58,108 nucleotides of DNA from Kudoa neothunni (taxonomy: Eukaryota; Animalia; Cnidaria): assembly GCA_964304625.1 (NCBI GenBank), contig OZ199840.1:4556658-4614765 (forward strand), written 5' to 3'. Under the pieces are notes generated by a model. The model had not been told where the DNA came from. It made no database searches and saw only the letters and a program-made list of their open reading frames with translations. A program made the translations under genes and the position numbers. Positions 13,101 through 26,529 of the stretch are shown piece after piece (within the stretch, counting starts at the first letter, position 1; each line of letters begins with the position of its first letter).

Positions 13101-15836
13101 GGCTATATTTTTAATAATAATTTTGCTTGATTAAAAATTTTCAAGTGTTTATTACAATAAATAACAACAATGGATACTTTTATTGGGAAATATTGCCATT
13201 ATATCATAAAGTGTGTATTACCCCTGCTACGCAGCATCCCTGCACTACTGTATATATAGTAGATATTTTTGTCAACACAATGTTTTCTATTGCCTTTTTT
13301 CACGTAAAAATAATTATTCGTAAGGTAAAGATCAATAAACATCATATATGGCCCGTTCTTTTATCTGTTTCAAAGTATATTATTGTTTAAATTTAATCTC
13401 AAAATGATCGTTGCTCTTATCAACTCGTTTTCTAACCCCACTAGGGGGTGTCAGTAACCACATTAGGTAACCTCTGTTTCAAAAGATTATTATTCGAAAT
13501 ATTTTATAATAGAATCATGATAATTATATCGTAAACTTTATTTTTATAAATCTTTATTAGTCAAAACTAGCATTCATTTTCCCCTAATAATTTGATTTAA
13601 GATACCAAATATGATTCAATTAAATTGGTTAAAATCGAATTTTTTCCATAAGTAAAAATTATACATTTTATTATAATTTTGAGTTAAATAATTTGAATTC
13701 ATTTTTTTAGTTTATATTTGATGATCCTGTACTGCAGATATAAGGTCCTACTGAAACATGATCAAGAATTAAATAGTAAAAAACAACAACAGAATAATCT
13801 ATTTTTCATGATTTAATTTAGAGTAAATATTCTACAATACAATAAAAAATTGGAAAATCAAATGTTTGATTATTTTGTTAGAACTACGTTATCTATATTT
13901 TAGTTAGAATAAAACATTATGAAATGTCCTAGATAATATAAGACCAAGTTATTTGAGAGTTGTTATTAAATTGTAAAACCCTGTTAAAATGTTTTTATAA
14001 AAGTATGATTGGACTATTTAAATCATTATAAGTACCTAATTGACAAGATATAGTAAACAAATCTCATCGAAAAGACAACTCAATGTCTTATGAGACAATT
14101 TTCTAATTACTCCCATCAATATTATCTATAAAACATTTATTAACCGCAGAAATCTAAAATATGCATCAGATTAATTCTAATTAAATGAAAAAAAGAAATT
14201 ATATAAATTTTTTCATAATAAAATTATTTTTGATCAAAAATCCCAATAGATCTAAATATCTAAATGAAAATTAAAATATTTAATTATATTTTTTACTAAA
14301 ATAAATCTAGTAAGTAACCAATTTCACGCACTTTAAAACCATGTTTAGTTAGAATATTGATTAGCCATTGCTTATATAATGTTTCTTATGATATTCCAAT
14401 ACAAATTGTTCTAAAAATAATATTAAAAAGTTTCAAAATAATGTAACTAAAAGTCATGTGATTGGCCAATCGCGCATTTCTTGGAGTACCCCTTGTTTAT
14501 TATTTAGCTAAGCCAATATTTAACGCCCGAAAACTCCTATAACTATACCTTTTTCCGAAACGTACAATATTATTATTATGAAAGTATCCAATGTAATGAC
14601 CTAAAAACTGCCACTGTATCGCGTTTTAAAATATCTATTATCTCGACTCCTTATGGCGCCCTAGAGATGAAAAATAAAGTAATCAAAACCTATAAATGTT
14701 TTTAGAATCTAAAAATTGAAATTATTTCTATGCAGGACAATTTAATTCTGTCGATAAAGATGTATATGAGTGGATTGGGTGGACACAAAGCAGAAAGATT
14801 GAAGTAAGTGTCGTCACGATAATCATCAAGAGAAATCAATTAGCCAACGAAAAAAGTTTACCTTCACGTGCAATTCATTGAGGGTTTCGTTGTTTTGAAA
14901 AAAGGTCCAACATTTAAAAATAAAATTTGATTAATTAATCTGTTGATGTTACGCCTTAAACTACTTCAGAGTAGACCAATAAAGTCAGAACATTTTTAAA
15001 AGATACTCTGAAAATTTTATTTACAATTTCAACGAAACTGCCTTATTCTACCGATAACAACAAGGGGAGTATTTCATAGATCGTTGAAAAACAGGTTTTT
15101 CTGTTAATACGGTTCTCGAGTTTTAGTTATCTCTTGAAATTATTATATAGTTAGCTGGCCTTTTTTAAATGAAACTTAATCAATATTAAATGTCAATTTA
15201 TTCTGTGAGAATTGCGCACGCATTCGCGTGAAATTGGTCTCTTATTTTATACATATACACATTTTTTTGTAGTTGAATAACAATGATTAATTCAACACTG
15301 AAAATATATAAACCCTTTATGCCAAGAAACGAAATTTATCATTTAAATTAAGATAGAAATATTTTTCTTTTAAAGGATCTAATATACTTACAAATTTATT
15401 TGAATAAAATATTTTTTAACGCAAATAAATTTAAATTACTTTATGTAAATGAAAAATATTCTGGTAAATAAATTAGAATAATTTAGTTAAATCAAACCTT
15501 GGTATACATAACATCAATTAATGGATTTCGAGAGTATGAGCAAACCAATATAATAACATATATTTTTAATAATTTGTAAGTTAAATTATTTGTCTTATTA
15601 GGCTAGCTTACAAAATGATAAAATGCATGGATTCAATAATTCTCAAAGTTACTATTTGAAATAAAAATAAATTCTCCAAAATGTTTCCATAGATGTTTAG
15701 TTGAGCCTTAATTTTCACGTTAAGTATAGATGTGTGTAAAATAAACCTTAATAAATTTTACTATTGATAAATAATAATTTATTGTTTACCCCCTCTATAT
15801 TCATTAAAACTAATTCGTAATAATTTTATGAATATA

Positions 15837-15871
15837 ACGATAATTTTCGTCAGTAGATTATCTTCACAAAA
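15837..15871 (+). promoter_or_regulatory. Conserved pre-ATG element of the surface-protein family (CGATAATTTTCGT...GATTA.CTTCA)
   Basis: The same motif lies about 35 nt before the ATG in copy 1 (15837), copy 2 (44769) and copy 3 (50402), within ~250-300 bp of alignable upstream sequence. Confidence 0.45.
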
Positions 15872-18859
15872 ATGAAATATTTCGTCAATTCATTGGGAAT
15901 TTTTCTTGTTCTTTTTTGTAATTTTTGTACATTACATTTGTTTTATTAATTAAATAATAGTCAGATATATTTTATTAGATGATGTAGGAGCTTCAGTTAC
16001 ACCACAATCTCTAACAACTACAACCAACGCTCTTACCTATAAGATTGTGAAACATGCGAATAAAATGACGGTTAACTTAATATTAAGTGGTACTGCTTAC
16101 GCTCCTTCAAAGTATTGCCGAATCAAAAAATCAGATGAGGCTGGTGCAGCATATGAAGAAATCGATTCTTGCTCAGAAAATAATACTGATAATGTTACTG
16201 GAAAATGTGTAAGGGCATGTATTGGAGATGGCAATAAGTTAACTTACGATAAATTTTCTCCGAGAACAAAATATGTTGAAGTTTTTGTAGCTAATGATGC
16301 TACAGGAGTTTCTACAAAAAATACTGACCCAACTATCTTCGGACTTGAGATACGTAATTTATGGTTTTTAATTAATATAAAATTTTTTTAGCTTTGTTGG
16401 TAAATCCACAAGTCACAGTAACAACTACAAATCAGAATAAATTGAAATTTAGCACAATAACGTGCAAAAACGTTGCATGTCCCATACATTACAAGGGTAT
16501 TGAATATGCTGCTGGACCAGTAGGCGGAACTTGTGTCGCACCAAAAGATTCAGATGCCGCGGACGAAGTAGAATTTGATTTAATGATTCCTCATTATGAA
16601 ATGAAATGCACGAACTATCCAAGTTTCTTTTATAAACTTCAAAATAGATACACATTAATGAATATGGAAGTTTATGCTCCCCAATATTATGTGACATATA
16701 ATAATAGCGAAGATAAAACTAAATATTTATTAAAATTTACTAACAAATTCCCATTTGAAATTTGTAAGTTCAGTATTAAAAAAGCGTCAACCGACATTCC
16801 TACAAATGGTACGAATGATTACAAATCAAATTGCGGCGGAAATAATAAAGATTGTTATGCACCATGTAACGACGTTGAGCTTACTTTTGTGGCATCAGAA
16901 GGGATCGTTGAAGTTTTAATCCAGTCAAGACATTTTCCGCTCCAAGCAAATGGAGCCGAATATTCTGGCTACACACAAAAGAAATATGGTAATATTGATT
17001 AAGTTGTTTTTAAATAATACCCTTTTAGTTATTACAGAAACTAATGATGCTAATGAGACTGGAAAATTGCTATCAGCCTACTTAGCAGCTGGTGTCACAT
17101 TAAATGTACCTTTATTTAATCCTGGTACCGTCAATACAAAGTTTACGCAATGTACCGTAAGTTACTACGCTGCTGATAAACCAATGCCTACAACTACCAC
17201 TACCACTACCACTGCAACTAGAGCGACATGCAATACTTCTGGTACAACACAATGTGCCACCCAATGCACCGCTTCATTAACAATAATCCAGCTGACACCC
17301 GGTAAACCTTATATTCTCGAAATTGTTGCGGCATCAACTGCGCCGGGAAGTGACAATAAAATTCCCGCTAGTTTTAAAGAACATGTATTCTTTAGAACAA
17401 GTAAAATTATAAAAATACCTACATAATAATTACATGAATATTTAATTTAGCGAATGAAAATACAAAAACATTTCCTACTGTTACACCAACAATACGAGAT
17501 ACAGGTCTATCTATTAAGGCACTTGCTGTTGAAACATCGATTTCCAAAACTAGCACCACATGTGCTTATTATCTAAGTCCCCGAGGAAAGGATACATATG
17601 TTTGTGCAATGTGCGTTGATAGTTATCCATGTAGAGGATATTGTGGGGAGTCTCAAACTATCGTGGGGTTATCTCCAGGAACCGATTATGATCTCAAAGT
17701 TGTTGCACACGAAGGTTATGGTTTCAAAGTTCACCAAATCAGAACTGGTATCATATTTTTTCATAAAATAATAAAAGAACAATTTTTAAGTTTTGTCAAC
17801 ACTTACACTTGAAAAACAAATGTTGGATAAAGGTTTTAAAGTCGCAGGGTCCTTATCATCGCCTTACCCAGCAGCCGTATGTCATTACAAAGTTAAAGTT
17901 AAACAAGGAGAAGATTATGGACTAATTTACGAATGTCCAGCACGAACTCCAACAAGAGCTGCTAGAAGTTCTACTCTCGTATCAACATCAAAAATGGGGG
18001 TGGCTAGATCATCAGGGGACCAACGAAACGTGAATGCAGCAACTGCCACCAATACAGCTACGATCTCATCGTGCCAAGCACCACCCTTATGCAGTAATAT
18101 CATTTTTAGTGAAGGATACGAATCAGACAAAGATTATCAAGTTTTGGTGACTGCTGTTGGAAGGTCCACAGAAGTTTCAATAAATATACCCAAAAGTATT
18201 TCCTCATAAATTTTTATATAACCACTTTTAAAATTGAATTAATACTACAACGAAAATTAAAAAATTTACCAATGCTATTTAAAATTATATTTTAGACCCA
18301 TTGCCTTCACAACCCACGGATCTCAATAAACAATTAATAGTGGTGATCACACGTGTCGACAAAACATTGACTGTTAGCACCACTTTACCCGCAGGTTTGA
18401 ATGAAGATGCATTATGCAAATGGCAGTTAAAAAATTCGGGAGAACCCTCAAATCCCATCGTGAAAAAATGCATGACTATTGGTAAAGGTTGCACCCAATT
18501 ACCTCGTTGCAAGGAATTCACAATTACACAAGTTGAAGATATACACGATTACCATTTGACTCTATTCTATAATGAAGATCCAAATACCTACGGTGTTGGA
18601 ATAATTAAACAAGGTAACCATCGTAATATTTCAATGTTAATTATAAACATTTAATAGGTGAAACTTCAAACAAATCAACGTAACTTTTGATATGTCATCA
18701 TTATTTCTAATTTCTTTTAGATCCAAAAATACGATGTATTAATAATCAATTTTGATTATTTTAATCATTATCTTTAGAATTATTTCCGTGATTGTTCCAG
18801 TTGTTATCGTAGTTATCGGAATAGGTTTCTATTTCGGATACATGAAGAACAAAAATTAG
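15872..18859 (+). CDS. Unknown type I membrane protein, copy 1 (848 aa predicted; 10 exons: 15872-15917, 15961-16353, 16392-16988, 17029-17400, 17451-17747, 17791-18195, 18296-18613, 18658-18679, 18721-18735, 18778-18859)
   Basis: All junctions are GT..AG and in frame (2547 nt). Signal peptide MKYFVNSLGIFLVLFFRYILL. About 7 Cys-containing modules, several ending in FN3-like strands (LTPGKPYILEIVAA, LSPGTDYDLKVVAH). TM IIISVIVPVVIVVIGIGFYFGY, tail MKNKN*. Confidence 0.85.
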
Positions 18860-21016
18860 AATTCATTGATGACAAAAATATTTAGATTTTTTAGAATTAT
18901 CAATTATCGTTTGTTAGTAACACGAATGTCCCAGCTTCGCATGGGAATGAGGATATTTTGTCATAGAACGCGTTAAAAAATATATGAATTCTTTCAATTA
19001 ATCCAAAGAACATAAATAAATAACTTTTCATTTAGAAAAAATACTTTTAGCCACTGATCAGTACATTAAAAATTAGGATCATCTCATGGAGATCATTAAA
19101 ATAACAAAACTGTTTAAATTGAGACGACTTGATTTTATTGTTTAAATTCATACTCCTCAATCCAGCATATTCTTCTACTATGTTTCTCCAACACTGTTAC
19201 TGTTGAATAACACCAAAATATCGACAAAAATATTTATAACTATATAAAATAAAATTTCAATGTATTTATTAAACCTCATCGCTTAAAGTTAAATTAAACG
19301 AATGTTTTAGCGAAATTTGAGGGGGCAGTTTTAGTAATAGGGGTTATAATCTACGCGAACAATTCGTCATCGATTTACCAAAGTTGTGTCTTTTTATGTT
19401 ATTTCAAGTCATATAGAGAACTTTTATAGTGTTATTAATTAATTAATAAAATATACAGTATATAACCGATAGTACGTAGTCACCTCGGGAACACAAAAAA
19501 GTGCTTACTAAACGTTGCAAGCGATAGTATATACGTATAATACTCACGCAGTTTTTGTGTTTTTAGTTTTCTAACTATTAATTCAACTTATTTTTAGATA
19601 AGGATAACTAAAAATACATTTTTAAGATTTGATGGATAAAAAATAATTACAAAATTTTGTTGAAACCATATTTGTGATGAAATATTTATATCATTTTACA
19701 GTGCAACCTAGGACTTCGACCATAGTCCGTTCTAGAAGTGTGTCCGAATTCCGAGTAATTTTTCCACTGCAAAATAATGTAATTCAGTTTAATCCATTAC
19801 CGCGCATCAAATAAACGATTATTTTTATTCTTACTTATTAAAAACAATCATTTTTTTATAAAATATAACAAATAAAAATTTGATATGATAAAAAAGATGA
19901 CATATAGGATAAAAATTTTTTGGTTGTCATCGATAGATTATAAAGGGGTCTCTTTTGACTGAGTGACTCTTCTTCTAGGATTTTGTTTCTTATCTGTTTT
20001 TGCTCCAACAAGATTTGTTCTGAATACCCATTCTATAAGTGTTAGAACTCAAAGGTATTTCTGACTCAAAATTTTTGGTGAAACTCCGAGGTTACGCTGT
20101 ACATTTGGATAAATTTAGTAAACAATCAGTTTTACGAGATTAAAGTATTATTTTATTTCTTATTGATTTTTAACGCCATATGAAACAAAGATTTTTATAC
20201 TTTTCTCAAAAAATTAAAAAAAACGTCACCTTACTATTTAATTTGGATACAATGTATACTGTAGAATGTTAAATGACGTTTATTATCGTGCCTTTAGGTA
20301 CATTTTGGAATAATTTTCAGTTATTTATAATCCTCCTGCAAAAATTAAACAGTTAAAATTTAAATTTTATCCTCCCTTCCAATCTTCCAATATCCCAATA
20401 ATCGATAATAAAATTTATATGGTTTTAAAAAGTGCGTAAAATTTGTAGTCACGTGATACCACAGATCGGTAATCCCTAGTTTAACTCGAAGATATTTTAA
20501 AGACTTTTACTTTTTACAATCATAAAAGTGTTAAAAATCGTACCATCTAATACAAACATTGGATAAATCGTGTTGATGAAAGTGTGTACTATCGGTTGGC
20601 TAGTGTATAACACTTAGACCTTAAAAATCGACGTAAATCGACGAAAATCGATTGTAATCGAAAACGGCAATGCCTAATTATAATCCATAATTTCAAAAGT
20701 ATAATTAAAATCTAGATAAGAATAAATCCGCTTATTTAAAATCTGCAACTCTATAAGCGGATATTAATTTAAATAGGATCTATGTAAAAATATTAAATAA
20801 TTATCTCCGAAACATCCATGTTTCATATTGTAAGTTTTTTGATCACAACAACATCACTAACGTTATTTTATTTAATAATAAATTGCTAAATGTGGGAAAA
20901 TGTATATCTATTATAATGCTCCATTATTTTAGTTGAATAAAATTTGTAAAATCCAAATCCACCTATTATAATAATTAATTACAATCAATTATAAATAAGC
21001 CTAGTAGTATTTGAAC

Positions 21017-21087
21017 ATACCTTAATGTATTTATCGAATTTATCGAATTTATCGAATTCATCGAATTCATCGAGTTCATTAAGGTAT
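21017..21087. repeat. Five 9-bp tandem units (TT(T/C)ATCGAA) enclosed by an 11-bp inverted repeat
   Basis: Units at 21030-21074. ATACCTTAATG (21017-21027) and CATTAAGGTAT (21077-21087) are perfect reverse complements. Confidence 0.8.
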
Positions 21088-21517
21088 TACAGATTGTTTT
21101 CCAATAAAACTATAAAGTAGAACTATGAAGTTGGAACGAAAAACAAATATTAGATTTAAAACTCACAGACACATCTGTAAAACATAACCTATTTAAATTA
21201 AGACAAAAAAATCTAAGAAACACAATGCGCAACTCACATAAAAGAGAAAAAATACTATAATTATCCCAACCAAAGCACAAACAAGATTGAAGGCCTTATT
21301 GAATTTAAAATACATCATTATTGTTTTAGAACAATGACACCAGAAAGAAATAACAAATAACCACTGTGTAATAGATAGACAACATGTATTGAGAACAAAT
21401 GAAGATGACGATGATGAATGCCGTTTATAGTAATAGTAATAATAATAATGATAATAAAGGGTTCTCATTCGCCTCCGCTGCTAACAATAATAAGAAGAAG
21501 AAGAAATGAACATACAT

Positions 21518-22599
21518 CTATTGTTGAGATTGTTTGGTGTTGAAGCTGGTTAGACCGAAAATATCAAGTTTTCTTTTATCGGTAGGTTTAAGAATTTGGA
21601 ATGAGCACATTAGGCAGTCATCAATACTCATCAACGCACCAGCATTATCGAATTCGCCACAGTAGTTCGGTGCAGAGAATACTGTGACAAGTTGACGTTT
21701 AGAAAAGAACTCGTATCCATCTTCGACAACTTGATGCGCTCTGCAAATGAGGTCTAGATCGTGTTTTTGTAGAAATAGTTGAACGGTATCTGATCCGAAG
21801 GTGTATGAGACACCTCGATCATTTTCACCATAGCCTTTGATGTCTTTGTCTGGGTCGGCCCATAACAAATCGCACAATAGGCCTTGGTCGGGTACATCGG
21901 TAGGACGCATAATTCGGCGTATCTGTTCCATACTTTGTAGATCTGGAGAGAGACCTCCATGACAACAGAAAATTTTCTCATCGATCAATGCAGCCACCGG
22001 TAGACAGTTAAAACAATCAGTAAAAGTTTTCCACAATTTCACATTATATCTACGTTTACCTACACATCAAAAACAAATTAGAACACATAAAAACAACTAT
22101 TACACTCATCAAAAAATCCATATATTCTATTGATGCTAGCACATTCATGATTGCCACGTAGTAAAAAAAAATTCTCTGGATATTTAATTTTGTAAGCAAG
22201 CAATAGACATATTGTCTCCAACGACTGCTTGCCTCTATCCACATAATCACCCAAAAATAGATAATTCGAATCGGGAGGGAATCCACCATATTCGAACAAT
22301 CGTAACAAATCAAAATATTGGCCGTGAATATCTCCACACACTTTCAACGGTGCTTCCAACTCCAATAGTATTGGTTGACTCAAAAATATATCTCTTGATT
22401 TTATACAAAGCCCACGTATTTCATTTTCGGTTAGTGCAACCACTTTCCCTGGCCGAGTTCCTATTACTACATTAAATTGTGAGAGAACTGCCTATCAAGT
22501 TGCAGGCCAGGTGTGTAACAACTGAACTGGGTGGTTTGACCTACCTTCTAACAGCCGTGATATAATGCTATCTATATTCAACTTCTCTGAGTCTGCCAT
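21518..22599 (-). CDS. PPP1C: Serine/threonine protein phosphatase PP1 catalytic subunit, 3 exons (22599-22545, 22466-22104, 22059-21518)
   Basis: [57 protein letters not shown] and SAPNYC motifs. Introns of 78 and 44 nt restore the frame. Confidence 0.97.
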
Positions 22600-25018
22600 T
22601 GCACGATCTACACCAGATTATACAACTCGCGCATTATGATTAGTGTTACATCTCGCATGCTCATTGATACGTTCCAACTATATTTAATGTGGTGGTGGTG
22701 GTGGTGGTAGGTTTTTTAGTGTTATTCAATGGGTTGTTGTGATTTGCATGAGTCCAATTGAAATTGTAGAATCGATTCAATTTATCGCTTATTTATTTGA
22801 TGACTGTGGTCATATTTTTCTATCAACCCACTAACACACACTCTCCATATCATATTTAAACGATAATAATATCTTAATTAGTTTAATTTTGTTTAGCAGT
22901 TATATGAGCTATTTATTATCATTACTGTGTGGGCTTGGTAGCGGTTTTATGCAGGCGATCTCAATTGAAGATATCGGCTTTCATGGCTGGGGAATTGATC
23001 CTAATCTCTCCCTGGCTTATATATTATTTTCTAGTTCTCTAATTAACATGAAATTTTGTTGGTTATCGAATATTTTTAAATCTATTATTATACATTCTAC
23101 TTGATAGTTAAATATTTTTATATCATTTATTCCCCAAAACATGTTCAATGCTTTATCAATTATGTGTTGACAGAGTGAGAGTTTGTTTTGCTATTATATC
23201 CCAATATAATCATATCATTTGTTATGTATTGTTCCGGGCGAATATAACTTTAGATATTTCTAGTTAATTATCTTGGATTATAAATCGGTTGTATTCGTCA
23301 AATTATCTCAACTAAAAATTCTCTGTTGACTCAGCAAGCAAAATAAGTTTTAAATAATTTTTTTTCGAAAATTGGTGTGACCATTTTGTTTCCTTGAATG
23401 CGAATAAGACTAATTAGAAAAATAGTAACCAATCCGCACTGATTTACCATGGGAGATTTCAGATATGAATGAAAATTTAATGCTTACTGTTTCGAAAAAT
23501 TCCTAGATAAAATTTAAAATGAAAACTAAGTTACAATTATGCTCATTCATAGTTTAAAATAAACAAAATTTGCAACTGTTTTAACATCGTTCTTGTTCGT
23601 TCAACCAATTATAGCACGAATTTCGAGATAAATAAGAACGTCGTAATTGTGCTCTAATTCATATATATATATATATAATAATCACAAAATATTCTGGAAT
23701 TATTTGAAATTTTATACTGTTTTCATTTTTAATAGTTTTGAATTTATTATTAAATTGTTCTTAGAGATATCTCCAATTTTTAATTATTTTTTTAGTTTGT
23801 TTCTTTTATGAGAATCTTTTTGTATTTTTGTTGAGTAAATGAAGAGATTTATTCTGCTGAGGCAACGAATTAGAATATGCAGAATATATTTTAATCCTAG
23901 AAATTCTTGCTTACAAAAAGTTTACATATTTAGTTTTTTAGAATCTGCTATATTTAATTATTTCCATAGCAACAGATAAATTGAACTCTTATTGATACGT
24001 AAATTCGTACAAAAAATTATAAATGTGAACGCTAAGCTAGTAACTTAAATTTTAATTTATTTAGAGTATTTTTAAAACGTATTGTGTACAATTATCGATG
24101 TTGAAGTTTTGAATAATCCTAATCAGAACATAACGTTAAATATAAAAATGATAACTGGAGAAATTATTCGTATTGAAGAAAATAGTATAATAAAGATATT
24201 TAACGAGATTGAAACAACTTAATCGTAAAATTAAGACTTTTTACATTAATCCAAGCTTTGTTATGATGATTATAAAGTTATTTACTAAAATTTATCGATG
24301 GTACGCAAAAAATGCCATTTATTTTGATTTTCACTAAATTAGTTAGTTCACTCGTGTGATATCTTTATAATAAAATCTCATAAATTGGCATTGAAATTTA
24401 ATAGCCCTGGATTATTATGTTATTGATAAATTGTGCTTTGAAGAGGAATAATATCAAATTTGTTGCTTGATTTTTTAAATTATATATTATTTTAATCAGT
24501 TTCTAAATTATATTCATTATTTAAATTAAAAAAATTTAAATATAGGAATTTTCTTTAGAAATTGCCAATTGTTACGATACTGTTAATTTCATTATCTCCT
24601 CTAAGAAGTGAGTGATTATGAAATATGATATTCTTAGATGCACTTATTTACTTATCAGATATTTAACACATTAACGCCTTTATTGACATACAGCAACCAC
24701 GAAAATGTGGTGTCGTTTTGTCCAGTCGATTATAATAAATGTTTCTAATTCATTTAGCTATTTTTAGACAAACCAAAATGTTTATGTTTTAAAAAAAAAT
24801 ATATTAAAATATAAGTATTTTAATGTGATGAATTATTTAATTTAATGTACGCTGTTAATAGATCCCGTTTATTCTATTTTTTTTGAATTTTTTTCACTTA
24901 TTTCTTAGACCGGAAAAATAAATAACGGCATCATATTTTCAACCATTTTTTAGGATAAATGTTTACAACTAGCGCTAATACCCGGCTTCGTGTGGTACTA
25001 TATGATCGAAAAGTTTAA

Positions 25019-26529
25019 CCTTCTAAGTAAACTGAGGTCCATTTGGACCCCAAACAAGATTGCCATCCTGTTTTCTCAGCCGTTATGTAATAACTATAAT
25101 TCGTACTTCTATTATCGTAAAACATGTTTATCTTTAAAGTAATAGATTTATTGGAATTTTCATGTTTCACAGCAATTTTTTTGATATTTTAAAAATATAT
25201 TATTTATAGTAATTTTTAAATGGAAATTAAATTTCAACAAATAATTTTATCTAACGCGAGCGAAAGTTTTTATTGTGTAAGAATAGATTTCTTTTTAGGA
25301 AGTAACGAGGGTAGTATTGATACTAATGAAATAGAAACACCCCACCTAGTGTAATTGAAGGAGACTCTCGGTTATGAGATTGATGAAAATGACAATTCGC
25401 TTACAAACAAAAACAACAATTTATTGAGTGCAATCAAAGCAAAGAAAACCAAGGTGGTCGCAGATAATAAAAATGAATTTTCTTCAAGATGTGATTATGT
25501 ACGCCACCCAAAGGATCTTTTGTATTGTAGGATGTTTTTCATCATTTCTTCACAATGGAAATAGTGGAACAAACAATTAAATATATCAATCAGTACGATA
25601 AGAAATCTTATGGGAAGAAATGGAAAGATGTTGATGAAATGCATGGTTTTATTAGCTGTTTATTGCACATGGCTATTCATAAGAATGGACAAGAGCCTCT
25701 TGTTGAAATGATTAATTGTGACGAAGGTACGAGGATATACAAAGAACCTTTTTCTTTGTACAGATTCAGGCAACTAACCAGAGCGCTCCACTTCGATAAC
25801 GCAGAAACTAGGGAGGAACGGCAGCTACATGATAAATTTTGCACATTTAGAGAAATATGGAACATTTAGGTTAACATGGCAAACAAAAATTATAACCACG
25901 GAGAAAATATGTCATGCTGAGCAATTTGGTTTCTTTTAGATAATATATAAAATGTATGCCAACAATATATGGATTAAAATTTTCTCCAAATTCGTAAAAA
26001 AAATATTTTTTCTTCTAATCACATATATGATGGTGGAATCAACGACATAATCCTCATGTTAAACATTGGTGTCTATATTTCATTATGAAGGAATATGAAT
26101 GCAATTACAATTCGCGCACTTAAATGTTTATTTTATTTTTGCCTGGTATTATAATTAAAACAAATTAACAATAAGCCATTATAAACGGTTGTTGCTCACG
26201 CATGTAGAATATTTAAACTTTCTCCATCCTCATAACATTTTTACATTTTTATTTTGTCCTAATTAAAGCTATACAAGTATTTTTAGTATTAAGAATTTTT
26301 ATTGTCAAAACGCTACATTATTTAAGGCAATTATTGAGCGTTATTTGACAAATTGTCTCCTAAATTGTGCTCAAAGTGTGATTATTCATTTGAAAATTTG
26401 TAATTAACTAACAAAACAGTTACAAGAGAAGTTAATAATTGAGAATAGATTAAATATGAACGAAATTTCTTTTTTCTTCATATTCTTGATTTTTAATGGA
26501 GAAAAGAAAGATAAATATTGAGTTAAGGG
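25019..26529 (+). mobile_element. piggyBac (PGBD4-like) transposon relic
   Basis: ORF 25555-25869 (IVEQTIKY...EMHGFISCLLHMAI...FSLYRFRQLTRALHFDN...DKFCTFREIW) is piggyBac transposase. TTAA-CCTT.. at 25015 with GGTCCATTTGGACC, and ..AGGG-TTAA at 26526-26533, are candidate ends. Confidence 0.7.

Noticed and set aside
18842-18859. Tail MKNKN as a dilysine ER-retrieval signal
   Set aside because: The lysines are at -2 and -4, not the -3/-4 or -3/-5 positions required.
21030-21079. Short regular repeats (also 30124-30192) as possible CRISPR arrays
   Set aside because: They have no unique spacers, units are 9-12 bp, the context is eukaryotic and there are no cas genes.
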